From positions 898-64,897 of the forward strand of contig JAUNQH010000005.1 of NCBI GenBank assembly GCA_030536295.1: a stretch of DNA of 64,000 nucleotides, given 5' to 3'. The translations under genes were made by a program, and so were the position numbers. The DNA comes from Clostridia bacterium (GTDB lineage Bacteria; Bacillota; Clostridia; Christensenellales; Aristaeellaceae). Shown one piece after another: positions 46,692 to 56,049 of this stretch. The notes beneath the pieces are model-generated. The model made no database searches, had not been told where the DNA came from, and was given only the letters and a program-made list of their open reading frames with translations. Within the stretch, counting starts at the first letter, position 1, and the number at the start of each line of letters is the position of its first letter.

Positions 46692-47996
46692 TCAATCGAT
46701 CCCGAGAAGGTCAAAGGCCGGATCGAGCCTGTCCCGGTTATGCTGCAGGAAAAGGTTGCCTTTCATCAGCGAGAGATCGGTTTTCACTTCTGCCGGTTCT
46801 TTGCCCAGAAGACGGACATCACAGTAGTCAAGGATCATTTCCATATCGGAGTTCAGTATGGCATGACCGTCCCGGTGGATGATCATATTGTTCTGTTCTC
46901 CGCAGCCCAGCAGATCCCAGACAGGCTGGGATCCGATCCATGCCAGACACTGCCCCTCGGTGTTGTTCCAGCCTTCGGAGGTGATGCCGGTGACGACGAT
47001 CAGATGCCGGTCCGGAGCTGCAGCCAGCGCACAGAGCATGTACTGTTCCACGGGAATGGAGCCCGCGTCCGCGATCTTACGGAAGTTTTCACAGAACCAG
47101 TATCCTTCGCCTCCCTGAAGGTTGGAAAGCGGCTCATTGATGGAATCGTTGATCCAGCGGCTGCTTCCGCCAAGGGATGACAGGTCATATTCTTTTCCAT
47201 GGTTATCCGTCCGGTAAACGGCAACACCTCCGGCACCGGAGCAGGACGGGACCGTCACACGGATACGGGGATCATAAGCGCCGGCGACCGCGGCGCTTTT
47301 TCCGTATCTGGATACACCGGCAACAATACACTTCGCGGGATCGATCCCCAGCGTCTCACCGGCGCCGTTTTCCAGCGCGTCGATCACCCTGGAGACGCCC
47401 CAGGCCCATGCGGCCAGCACACCGGGAAAATCCCCGGCATCCTCATCGAAAGGATATAATTCATAGAACGCGCCGGAATGCCGATCGTTATCCGATGCGA
47501 CGGCTGTCGGGAAATAGGTGATGCCGGCATAGCCGCGGCTTGCGGCATATCTGCAGTTGTCAGGGATGAATTCACCGCCGCCCCATGAAAAACCGTATTC
47601 CAGATAACAGGGCCGGCCGCCGTCGGCAGCGGAACCGTCCGGCAGGCTGACGATGACGCTGAAAGAGACTGCCGCGTTTCCGGCTGCCACATGAACGGTC
47701 AGCTTTTGCCCGGGAAGCGTCTCATGGGGCGCGATCTCCCATGTTACCGTTTCAGAGGCGGGATCCGGCATCCTGCCGTACATCCAGCGGGAATACAGCT
47801 CCAGCAGCTCGGCCCGCCGCAGCTGCCAGTCCTCCGCGCTCTCGACGGGAGAACCGTTTGCAAGCTTCATCAGGGGAGGAAAGCCTTCCGGCCGTGGAAG
47901 ATCTTCAGGGGAAAGGACATTCTCCGCGTGCGCCGGAACACAGACCGGCAGCAGAACGCACAGAACGAGGACCAGACAGAACAGGAAGCAGAACAT
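46692..47996 (-). CDS. secreted CE15-like (glucuronoyl esterase family) alpha/beta hydrolase
   Basis: Signal peptide; WQLRRAEL, AAWAWGVSRVID, GVSRYGK, SCSGAGG, ALAAAP. Confidence 0.75.
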   Translation of the reverse strand: MFCFLFCLVLVLCVLLPVCVPAHAENVLSPEDLPRPEGFPPLMKLANGSPVESAEDWQLRRAELLELYSRWMYGRMPDPASETVTWEIAPHETLPGQKLTVHVAAGNAAVSFSVIVSLPDGSAADGGRPCYLEYGFSWGGGEFIPDNCRYAASRGYAGITYFPTAVASDNDRHSGAFYELYPFDEDAGDFPGVLAAWAWGVSRVIDALENGAGETLGIDPAKCIVAGVSRYGKSAAVAGAYDPRIRVTVPSCSGAGGVAVYRTDNHGKEYDLSSLGGSSRWINDSINEPLSNLQGGEGYWFCENFRKIADAGSIPVEQYMLCALAAAPDRHLIVVTGITSEGWNNTEGQCLAWIGSQPVWDLLGCGEQNNMIIHRDGHAILNSDMEMILDYCDVRLLGKEPAEVKTDLSLMKGNLFLQHNRDRLDPAFDLLGID

Positions 47997-48179
47997 ATGA
48001 TCCCTCCGGATACATCATTTATGCTACCGCTGATTATAATACAAACGCGTCATTTTTCCTATGCCGCCTTGATAAACAAGGATCACTCTGATATATTGGA
48101 ATTGATTCCGGAAAACGGAACAGAATGCTTGTGTCCGGATGCGGATCGGGATCATATCCGGAGAAAGGGAGCGTATGAA

Positions 48180-48800
48180 ATGAAAAAACGGATCCGGCTG
48201 CTGCTGACAGCGCTTTTCCTTCTGATACCCGTCATGTGTACCGCAACAGATACGGATCATGATCCGGGCGCTGTTGAAGATGCGGTCATCCGGGCGGCAG
48301 GAGCAAGAACGGAATCTGGCGTGTGTTATGTTGACATCGAGCTGCAATGCTTTCAGGACGAAACAGAGGTGCTCTTTTTCCCGTTTGCGGATGCCACGCT
48401 GATAGAAAGTGAAGATGCCCTTGTCACCGACAGAAGATCCCATGACATATGCCCTGAATTATACGCCGGGATCATCATGAACAACGGTGACCGCAGGTCA
48501 TTCACCCTGGCATTTGACATGGCATATCAATATGATTCCGACTATCCCGCGTCACTTGCCGCTGCTTTGATATATTATCCCCTGCAATGGGATACAGGCG
48601 GATGCGAACAGCGCGATCCCATAACGCTTACGGCTGAAGGAACGGCTGACATGCAGATCAACGGCATGTTTGTGATCATGGATAAAGCCTGTCAGGACGA
48701 AATAATGCTTTATCTGATCAGCAGTATTGATGATCCGGAGGCGGTCCTGAACAACAGACCGGTGTTTTGTCCGCTTACGGTGAATGTCATTCCGGAATAA
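48180..48800 (+). CDS. hypothetical secreted protein
   Basis: RBS gggag; signal peptide MKKRIRLLLTALFLLIP. Confidence 0.65.
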   Translation: MKKRIRLLLTALFLLIPVMCTATDTDHDPGAVEDAVIRAAGARTESGVCYVDIELQCFQDETEVLFFPFADATLIESEDALVTDRRSHDICPELYAGIIMNNGDRRSFTLAFDMAYQYDSDYPASLAAALIYYPLQWDTGGCEQRDPITLTAEGTADMQINGMFVIMDKACQDEIMLYLISSIDDPEAVLNNRPVFCPLTVNVIPE

Positions 48801-48839
48801 TACGGAATATCCCGACTGTCAGCCTGTACGGCGATCATG

Positions 48840-48877
48840 AAAGGGAATCGGCCGATCTCATGGCCGATCCCCTTTTT
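48840..48877. terminator. bidirectional terminator
   Basis: aaaggga-atcggcc...ggccgat-cccctttt between convergent genes. Confidence 0.7.
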
Positions 48878-48919
48878 GCATTTTCGGTTTTTGCTGCCGA
48901 TGATGAGATGAACGGTTCT

Positions 48920-49456
48920 CTATTTGACAAGCTCCGGGAAGAGCTTCTTCGCGGTGCGGTCCAGCGACATGCATACGGGCAGACTGACCAGCAGCATCAC
49001 GACATCGGCGACGAAGGCATAGATGTTCTTTCCGATCCTTACGGCCATGGGCTGGGCGTATAGCAGGCTTTCCGTAAGCGATTTGACGATCAGGATGCCG
49101 AGCGCGGCGGAGACGATGACGGCCGCGGCGTTCAGAACCGTTTTGACGGGAAGACTTTTCATGCTCTTTGTCGCGCGGAAGGTGAGACCGAGGATCACGC
49201 CGATCACGATATTGCCGAGTGCCCAGCCGGGCATGCCCCGCAGACCGTTGATCAGAAGACAGTAAAGGATCACGCCGAGCGTGCCGGCCGCGGTACCGCT
49301 GAGCGTGCCGAAGGAATAGCAGTAGACGGCCATCACGATATAGCCGAGGCACAGATAGTAGTTTTCAAAGACCGGGACCTGAAGACACATGGAAAGTGCG
49401 CAGAACAGCGCGATGCCGAGCGCGAGAACACAGATACGGCGTGTTGAGATATTCAT
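48920..49456 (-). CDS. ECF transporter S-component (solitary)
   Basis: 178 aa, 6 TMs, STRRICVLALGIAL...YLCLG. Confidence 0.82.
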   Translation of the reverse strand: MNISTRRICVLALGIALFCALSMCLQVPVFENYYLCLGYIVMAVYCYSFGTLSGTAAGTLGVILYCLLINGLRGMPGWALGNIVIGVILGLTFRATKSMKSLPVKTVLNAAAVIVSAALGILIVKSLTESLLYAQPMAVRIGKNIYAFVADVVMLLVSLPVCMSLDRTAKKLFPELVK

Positions 49457-49482
49457 TGATGTGACCGCCTTTCATTGTTCTG

Positions 49483-50790
49483 TTATCTGATCAGGGCCAG
49501 CCCATGGTTGGAGTATGCCGGGTCACCTGTGACTTCGCGGATCACTTCGATCCCGTCCGGGAAGGTGAGCGGCTGCTCATCGCTGTGAAGCTCGATCTCC
49601 ATGATCGCTTTATCCTTCCATTCCGGATAAATATCGATCTCATAGTACAATCCGTTTTCGCTGAGACAGAAACGCTGCTTATGGATCGGCCTGTATGCGG
49701 GATCCGCGCGGACCATCAGCGCGAGATACTCATCCTGACTGAGCCTTCGCTCCGTTTCGATCCGCCGGATGCCTGAAACGGGCTTTTTGCTGGTCATGAA
49801 GTAGATAAAGCTGCCGTTGCTGCCGCGCTGCCGGATACGGACCTCCTCCTTCTCATTCTCCGTTTTCAGATAGGTCTGGATGATATCGACCCGCTCGCAG
49901 TGAGGCCTGCTTTCCAGATCACGGAGCGAGGGGCGTGCGATCAGGAATTTGCGCTCGATCTCCATGGGTGACGGTTCGCCCAGGAAGACGCTGATCTCTT
50001 TGATCAGCCGGAGCATCTTGTTTTCAAAATCCGTTGAGTTATCGATCACACGGAAATGCGGATGTCCCGTCCACGCGGCGATCAGCCTGTCATCCAGTGC
50101 CGCTGCCTGCTCCGGGGTCTCTGTCCGTGCCGTGTTATTTTCAACGGTGTAATACTTTTCAGCGCCTTTGGCGGCAGTGACCAGATGGAAGACCGCGTCA
50201 TAGCTGTCCCGCAGGAGGATCTTGTTTGTCTTCATCTGCCGGAGCACCCAGTCAAAATCCTGCTCCGACATATAGGCGGTATTGTCCATGGCACCCCGGT
50301 CGCAGACCACAAGGAATTTGCTTCCCTTCATGGTCTTTGCCATATCGGTGAAAGCTTTTTCCTTGGCCAGCTGCAGTTCCAGCAGGTGAAGCTGGAAATC
50401 CCGCGCGGATGTGTTCAGCCACGGGGCGGCTCCGCCGGTGATCAGCTGCGTCGCTGTCTCATCGATAAAGAGGACCGTGTAGCCCAGTTTGGTGAAGGCG
50501 TTCTGGATCCAGCTCATCGCGGTCGTTTTGCCGGCGCACGGACCGCCCGTGATCACGATCCTGGAGATCAGTTTATCGGCCTGTGCCGTCTGCAGCAGAT
50601 CATCCACCGATACACACAGCACATCCGCCAGCTTGTGGATGGTGCCCAGACCGGGTTTGGCCTTGCCGGTCTCCCATTTTGAAACGGCCTTGTCCGAAAC
50701 GCCGAGCCTGGCGCCGAGCTGCGCCTGCGTGAGCCCCTGCTTTCCGCGAAGCTGATACAGCCGGTTACCGAATTCAAAATCATTCATCAT
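49483..50790 (-). CDS. XRE HTH + AAA_28 (NadR/Ttd14-like P-loop) + CYTH fusion protein
   Basis: LTQAQLG..LGVSDKAVSKWETG; ITGGPCAGKTT, CDRG, YDAVFHL; CYTH EIERKF...IEIE-type motifs. Confidence 0.85.
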   Translation of the reverse strand: MMNDFEFGNRLYQLRGKQGLTQAQLGARLGVSDKAVSKWETGKAKPGLGTIHKLADVLCVSVDDLLQTAQADKLISRIVITGGPCAGKTTAMSWIQNAFTKLGYTVLFIDETATQLITGGAAPWLNTSARDFQLHLLELQLAKEKAFTDMAKTMKGSKFLVVCDRGAMDNTAYMSEQDFDWVLRQMKTNKILLRDSYDAVFHLVTAAKGAEKYYTVENNTARTETPEQAAALDDRLIAAWTGHPHFRVIDNSTDFENKMLRLIKEISVFLGEPSPMEIERKFLIARPSLRDLESRPHCERVDIIQTYLKTENEKEEVRIRQRGSNGSFIYFMTSKKPVSGIRRIETERRLSQDEYLALMVRADPAYRPIHKQRFCLSENGLYYEIDIYPEWKDKAIMEIELHSDEQPLTFPDGIEVIREVTGDPAYSNHGLALIR

Positions 50791-50911
50791 TCATTACCAC
50801 CTCCGGTTACAGCATACATATATTGCCGGTGAAAGACAAGGAAAACAACTCGAAGACCGGTAGAATTTTGCGGGCGTGCTCCGATGCGCGTCATTCCGGC
50901 AAACGGCGGCG

Positions 50912-51427
50912 TTATTCCACCGTGAGCCAAAGAAAACCGTAATACGAAGCATAGTCGCTTCCTCTTTCCACGCTGATATCCAGCACCCACAGATATCTTC
51001 CGGATCCAAGCGTCCCGGGCGATATGAGTTCGGCTTCCGCGGCGGCAAGACCGGTATCCGTGCATTTGAAGAGACCGGGCACAGCGGTGACCTTCGCCTG
51101 CGGATCACGGACCGAAATGCTCCAGGTCAGCTCGCCGGTCAGGGCCGCGGATCCGATCTCGCCGAATATCGGGTCCATCGCATATGACTGGGGAGATGTG
51201 AAAACGATGCCGTCCCCGTACAGCGGGCCGACATGCAGATAACGCAGAACAGCGCTCACTTCGACCGGGGAGGAGCCCTCGCCGGTCTGCACGGACAGGG
51301 TGACATCCAGATCGGCCGGATCAGGGACCGGTATCTGCCCGGAAGACGTGGATGAAGCCGGGGCGGACGGATAACAGATGAAGCAGAAAATCAACAGAAA
51401 AAATGGGATCAGAAGTTTTTTCAGCAT
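50912..51427 (-). CDS. hypothetical secreted/lipoprotein
   Basis: Signal peptide MLKKLLIPFFLLIFC; RBS aagga. Confidence 0.65.
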   Translation of the reverse strand: MLKKLLIPFFLLIFCFICYPSAPASSTSSGQIPVPDPADLDVTLSVQTGEGSSPVEVSAVLRYLHVGPLYGDGIVFTSPQSYAMDPIFGEIGSAALTGELTWSISVRDPQAKVTAVPGLFKCTDTGLAAAEAELISPGTLGSGRYLWVLDISVERGSDYASYYGFLWLTVE

Positions 51428-51574
51428 GATCGGTCATTCCTTTTCAGTGCGGGATCAAGGGTTATATACTGATTATAATACAGCATATGGCAAACGATAA
51501 CAAGATGTGCGGTGAATGATCCTGCCGGACTTCGGCTGCTACCAGCCCGCGGCAGGAGAATCCCGGGATGCATT

Positions 51575-51619
51575 TTCAACCACAGGTTCAATGACACGCG
51601 GCGCATGGTGTGATATTCT
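51575..51619 (+). promoter_or_regulatory. promoter with upstream dyad operator (copy 1 of shared motif)
   Basis: TTCAACCACAGGTTCA-ATGACA-17-TATTCT with extended TG. Confidence 0.65.
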
Positions 51620-51687
51620 CTGTGCACCCGATCGGCACGCGTGAAACGCGGGTGTGGACGGACGGGAAAAAGACGGTGCGAAAAGGG

Positions 51688-51867
51688 GTGACAGCGACGA
51701 AAGCGAAACAGAAGGTTCCTCTGGAAAAACAGAGCAAGAAGGCGCGGAAGGCGTACTTCGCGGCCGGAAGGAACGACTGGAACGGTGTGAACCCTGTAAC
51801 CAGAGTGATCCCGGACAAAAGAAGGCAGATGCTCCGGGACAGACGTTGTGAGAATGAGGGAGAGTGA
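51688..51867 (+). CDS. small basic conserved hypothetical protein
   Basis: GTG start; VPLEKQSKKARK...RNDWNGVNPVTR resembles a small Clostridia family (P.EK.SKK...W...NPVTR). Confidence 0.6.
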   Translation: MTATKAKQKVPLEKQSKKARKAYFAAGRNDWNGVNPVTRVIPDKRRQMLRDRRCENEGE

Positions 51868-51872
51868 GGACG

Positions 51873-52535
51873 ATGAATACCATGATGAAGGCAATGCCCG
51901 CGGAATTGCCGCATATTCCGCAGATCCCCGAAGCCGTGAGAACGATCCTTGTGAGGCAGAACCCGGGGCTTCCGATGCCGGACCTGGTGAGCTACTATGT
52001 GCTGGAAAATGACAGAAAGCTGTACCTGGACGGCGATGTGGACAACAATATCCTGAACCAGCAGCGGATGATCCTGCGGTGGAACATGGAGGACGCGGGC
52101 AGACCGGCGGAAGAGCGGAAGCCGATCCACCTGTATATCTTCTCCGGCGGCGGGGACGTGGATGTGATGTGGAGCCTGGTGGACGCCATTGAGACGAGTG
52201 AGACGCCCGTATATACCGTGAATATGGGGGTCGCGGCCTCGGCGGCCGGGATCATCTATCTCGCGGGTCATAAGCGCTTCATGATGCCGCGCAGCCGGCT
52301 GGTGATCCACGAGGGCTCCGCGTGCATGGCCGGGGACGCCGTGAAGGTGATGGACGCCAGTGAAAGCTACAAGCGCATGATCAGGCAGATGAAGGATTAT
52401 ATCATTTCCAGAACGAAGATCAGTTCCGCGACGCTGAACCGTCAGCGCTGCCATGACTGGGAACTTGACGCTGCCTATTGCATTGAGCACGGTGCATGTG
52501 AGAAAATAGTGGAGAGCATCCGCGATGTACTGTAA
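51873..52535 (+). CDS. clpP: ClpP-family serine protease (non-housekeeping paralogue)
   Basis: RKLYLDGDV, PIHLYIFSGGG, MGVAASAA (Ser), VIHEGS (His), DW (Asp). Confidence 0.85.
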   Translation: MNTMMKAMPAELPHIPQIPEAVRTILVRQNPGLPMPDLVSYYVLENDRKLYLDGDVDNNILNQQRMILRWNMEDAGRPAEERKPIHLYIFSGGGDVDVMWSLVDAIETSETPVYTVNMGVAASAAGIIYLAGHKRFMMPRSRLVIHEGSACMAGDAVKVMDASESYKRMIRQMKDYIISRTKISSATLNRQRCHDWELDAAYCIEHGACEKIVESIRDVL

Positions 52536-52612
52536 GCGGACGAAAAACGCGGAACCGGGTATGCCGGCGGTACGGCATGCCCGGTCTGTTTTGCGCGAAG
52601 GAGGATGCGGCG

Positions 52613-53020
52613 GTGGCTGAGAACGGAAATGTACCCGTGACGCTGAACGGGACAACGGTCCGCGGGCTGATCGACAGCCTCGGGGATGACGCGGAAATGC
52701 TGGACCTGATGGAAGAGATGCTTACGGATTTTGAAAATTATCATCAGTCCGTATACCGGATGGAGATCAGCCTGATGGTCAGGAACCACAGAAACACCGA
52801 TACGGACCGCGTGAATGAGATGACCGAACAGCTGGATAAGGCGCGGACCGGCCGGCATGATAAGCTGCTGGATGATATCATCCTGATGAACAGAATGGCC
52901 GCGCAGCAGGGGCTGCCGCCGGTATATGACGGGACTGTCTCAAAGGAACGGCCTTACAGAAGGCAAGTCGCGAACGCGGTATTCGCGTACGTTGAAGAGA
53001 TCATACACGGGAGACGGTGA
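52613..53020 (+). CDS. DUF3232-like helical protein
   Basis: GTG after ggagg; LDKAR..RH..L...I..MNRMA...GLPPVYDG...R..VA. Confidence 0.6.
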   Translation: MAENGNVPVTLNGTTVRGLIDSLGDDAEMLDLMEEMLTDFENYHQSVYRMEISLMVRNHRNTDTDRVNEMTEQLDKARTGRHDKLLDDIILMNRMAAQQGLPPVYDGTVSKERPYRRQVANAVFAYVEEIIHGRR

Positions 53021-53367
53021 ATCCTTTGCGCCGCTTCCGGGATCACGGGAGGTTCCTGCCGGACCGGAGAACAGAACGAAAAAAGTAAAAAAAAAGAGCC
53101 GTCAGGCTCGGAAGCCGGCTGCGCGTCATTGCCGGCGGTCACGATGAGGATGGAATCCATGGGTACGCCCAGCAGCATGCTGAGACCGAGCAGGTTATCC
53201 ACTGTGGGAAGACTGACCCCGTTCTGCCATTTGTAAATGGCCTGGGGCGCCTCAAACCCGAAGTAGTCCTGCAGGTCGCGGACAGACAGACCGCGCTCGG
53301 TACGCAGCTGCGCGATGCGCTTTCCCGTGGCTTCCAGGTTGATGGTCGGAAAGTGTTTCATTTCCAT
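52954..53367 (-). CDS. XRE family HTH regulator (C-terminal extension doubtful)
   Basis: FPTINLEATGKRIAQLR..RGLSVRDLQDYFGFEAPQAIYKWQNG.SLPTVDNL; promoter TTGCAT-17-TATAAT at 53421-53449. Confidence 0.85.
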   Translation of the reverse strand: MEMKHFPTINLEATGKRIAQLRTERGLSVRDLQDYFGFEAPQAIYKWQNGVSLPTVDNLLGLSMLLGVPMDSILIVTAGNDAQPASEPDGSFFLLFSFCSPVRQEPPVIPEAAQRIHRLPCMISSTYANTAFATCLL

Positions 53368-53590
53368 CGCATTTCCCTCCGTATTCGGTTGGTCGGTCGG
53401 ATGAGCTCATCGGGAGACGGATTATATCAGACCCCTGATGAATATGCAATAGCTTTTTACACTCTTTTGAAAAATAATTGAGAACGTGCCGGCGCGCATG
53501 GAGACCCGGACAGGTCGGTCCGGGTTTTTGTGTTCGATCGTTCGGGCGCGGCCTGACGCTGCCGGTCCCGGACGTTCTCCTCGGGCTGCC

Positions 53591-55000
53591 TTAAGCGGGG
53601 GATGATCCCGCGTGTCCCTCCGTCAGGTGCCGCGTGATCCTGCCGATATCCTCCAACCGGGTGAAGTAGGGCGCGCAGCGCTCACGGATCACGATGGCCT
53701 GCTCATAGCTGAGCAGGGAAAGTTGTGACGGGGTGATCAGCGGATCACCGAGCTCGTTTTTGCCGCACAGTTCCGAAAGCTTTTTGCGGAAGGTCTCATC
53801 TTTGGCGATATTCATGGCGATCCAGGTCGAGCAGTTCGCGCTGATGGTTTCGGCCGCGGCGCCGTAAACACCGCAGAGCTGCGCGTAGCTCTGGATCGCG
53901 AGGATGTACCGGATGCCTCTTGATCTTGAGATCGTCAGCGCCGTTTCAAGGGAAGGGATGGCGGGCTTGATATTGCACAGCTCATCCAGATAGATCTCTG
54001 CGCGGACCGGCAGGCGGCCGCTGTTTTCCAGCGCGCATTCGTTCAGTTCCTGCATGAGCTGGGTCAGCAGAATGCCCTCCAGGCTGCCCAGAGCGGTTGA
54101 GTCATCCGGAAGGGTGATGTAGAGCACGGACGGGGTTTCACCGAGTTGTTTGAAGCTAACGGAGCTTTCGGACGAGAGCATCTGCAGCACATCATTGCGC
54201 GCGGAGAACGGAGAGAGATATCCATAGAAACAGCATAGTACGTTTCCGCGCGTTTTTTCGGACCCGTTCCGGAAACCGGCCAGCGCCCGGTGGGCAACGG
54301 AGGGGGCGGGAAGCTCATCCGCCGCTCTGAAAAGCTTGCAGCGCGAATCCTCATAAGAATCATCCGGAATGGTGCTGCTCCAGCCCAGAACTGCGTTGAT
54401 GGAAATGTTGTGTCTGGTTTCCCACAGTACGCTGCAGATACCGCGGAACAGATTTGCGCAGGAGATACGCCAGAACGGATCGGTATTTTTTTGTGAATCG
54501 CCGTCGCTGAAGAGAACGGCGATGATATCCTCCAGCAGACGCCAGGCTTTCTCACGGTTTGCCTGATTTCCGGATGCATAGAGCTTATTGGCGCGTGTGA
54601 AAGGATTCCAGCAGCTGCCTTCGGCAGGCGAACGGAAATTGATGTTGATGATTTTGTAGTTGTTTTCACGGGCTGTGCTTTCCGTGGCGGCGCGCAGCTC
54701 GCCCTTGACGTCAAAGACCACGTACGAACGCCGGCTTTCGGAACGCAGGGACCAGATCAGCGACGGCATGATCACCAGCCTGGATTTGCCCGTTCCCGTG
54801 GCGCCGATAATGAGCACGTGCCGGCATTCATCGCCGCCGTCTGTGATCGCACTGCCGTTATGGCTGTAAAGGATAACGCCGGGTTCGGCGGGAGGCGTGT
54901 TCCATTTGCCGCGCAAGCAGCCTGTCGAAGCGGCGAATGACGCGTCCGACGCCCAGCCGGATGAAGTACAGAGACTGTTCATGTATCTTTCGTAGTACAT
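53591..55000 (-). CDS. VirD4/TraG-like coupling-protein ATPase without TM anchor
   Basis: HVLIIGATGTGKSR, DVKGEL, WNPF, DPFW, LDEL.N, SRSRGI...IQSYAQL..VYG. Confidence 0.85.
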   Translation of the reverse strand: MYYERYMNSLCTSSGWASDASFAASTGCLRGKWNTPPAEPGVILYSHNGSAITDGGDECRHVLIIGATGTGKSRLVIMPSLIWSLRSESRRSYVVFDVKGELRAATESTARENNYKIININFRSPAEGSCWNPFTRANKLYASGNQANREKAWRLLEDIIAVLFSDGDSQKNTDPFWRISCANLFRGICSVLWETRHNISINAVLGWSSTIPDDSYEDSRCKLFRAADELPAPSVAHRALAGFRNGSEKTRGNVLCCFYGYLSPFSARNDVLQMLSSESSVSFKQLGETPSVLYITLPDDSTALGSLEGILLTQLMQELNECALENSGRLPVRAEIYLDELCNIKPAIPSLETALTISRSRGIRYILAIQSYAQLCGVYGAAAETISANCSTWIAMNIAKDETFRKKLSELCGKNELGDPLITPSQLSLLSYEQAIVIRERCAPYFTRLEDIGRITRHLTEGHAGSSPA

Positions 55001-55012
55001 GGTTTTCCCTCC

Positions 55013-55777
55013 TTACCGCAGCTGATGTGCTGTATGAAAGCCGATCCTGCGGTCCGCAGGATCACTGTGATCGGGCTCCGCAGCTTTTTTGACGCGGTTG
55101 ATGTAGGAATACGGGTCATTCAGCGCGGAAAAAACGTCGTCCTCCGTAATGACGCCCCGGTCATTGCCGCATATCCGGATGAATTTATCCGCGTTGAACC
55201 GGCGGTACCCGGCCATGTCCTGCAGCACCGCTTCCAGCTGATGTTCCGCGCCGGCTGTGGCGCAGCGCAGTTCAGCCTCTGAGAGCAGTTCCGTGAGTGA
55301 GGACGGTCCGGGCCGCTCGTATCCGATCACTTTCAGCCTGCCGTCAAAATCCAGGTGATCCGCGATGAAAAGGACATCGCGTTCCTTTTCAGGACCGTAG
55401 AGGAGCGTGCGGCATTCCGAAGCAGGGCCGTTCCGCAGCGCAAGCAGCTCACCCAGGGCTTTGAGCCGCGGAATATCATCGGCTGAACGTGTGAAGGCGG
55501 AGATGTTCAGCATCAGCAGACCTTCAAAATGGCTTCTTCTGCCGGCGGCGCGAATAAGCCTCACGCAGAGGGCTGAAAGATCGCTGAAACGCCCGGGCTC
55601 CGCGTCCGGAATGATATCCATGGAAACTGTGGCGCTTCTGTTGAATTCGGTCCTTTCCAGAAGGACCGGAGGTATCCGGGAACTGAGCTCTTCGACCATG
55701 CTTTCCCGGTCCGCGGAGGCGCATACCGCCAGGAAACGCGTTCCGGCCGGGCTGGCGCAGATTTCACTGATGTTGAT
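55013..55777 (-). CDS. hypothetical protein with C-terminal RRIGF motif (start uncertain: ATC 55777 or ATG 55699)
   Basis: ORF directly upstream of the VirD4-like gene; RBS aaaggag precedes an in-frame ATC. Confidence 0.65.
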   Translation of the reverse strand: MNISEICASPAGTRFLAVCASADRESMVEELSSRIPPVLLERTEFNRSATVSMDIIPDAEPGRFSDLSALCVRLIRAAGRRSHFEGLLMLNISAFTRSADDIPRLKALGELLALRNGPASECRTLLYGPEKERDVLFIADHLDFDGRLKVIGYERPGPSSLTELLSEAELRCATAGAEHQLEAVLQDMAGYRRFNADKFIRICGNDRGVITEDDVFSALNDPYSYINRVKKAAEPDHSDPADRRIGFHTAHQLR

Positions 55778-55900
55778 CGCCGATACATCTCCTTTCTGTT
55801 CACTGTGTCACATATAAGCGTAATTGAGACAGCCCGGGAAAGGCAGCGTGTGTATCATGCGGTAAAAACCGGAAAGCCCGTCCTGAAAGGCTGGGATATA

Positions 55901-55945
55901 TAAATAACATAATCGGAACCAAATGTCATTGAACTTGTGGTTCAA
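55901..55945 (-). promoter_or_regulatory. promoter with upstream dyad operator (copy 2 of shared motif)
   Basis: Minus strand TTGAACCACAAGTTCA-ATGACA-17-TATTTA with extended TG. Confidence 0.6.
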
Positions 55946-56049
55946 TCACCGGCAGCTGTCCGGAAACACATCGGGAATGCTGGCAAACCGGCAGGTTTTC
56001 TGATAGAATGCTGTGAGAAGAAACGGCGAATACGGGCGGAGGTGCCGGC

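Noticed and set aside
52954-53130. C-terminal extension of the XRE protein
   Set aside because: Runs through a terminator-like hairpin (gagccgtcaggctc) and poly-A tract and overlaps the convergent gene; probably non-functional read-through or a homopolymer error
51688-53367. Prophage (ClpP head protease plus XRE repressor)
   Set aside because: No terminase, portal, capsid or tail genes
53591-55000. Conjugative element (ICE)
   Set aside because: No VirB4, relaxase, integrase or att sites in the window
51575-55945. Inverted 22-mers as terminal inverted repeats of a transposon
   Set aside because: No transposase or integrase inside and no target-site duplication; both copies sit exactly at -35 positions
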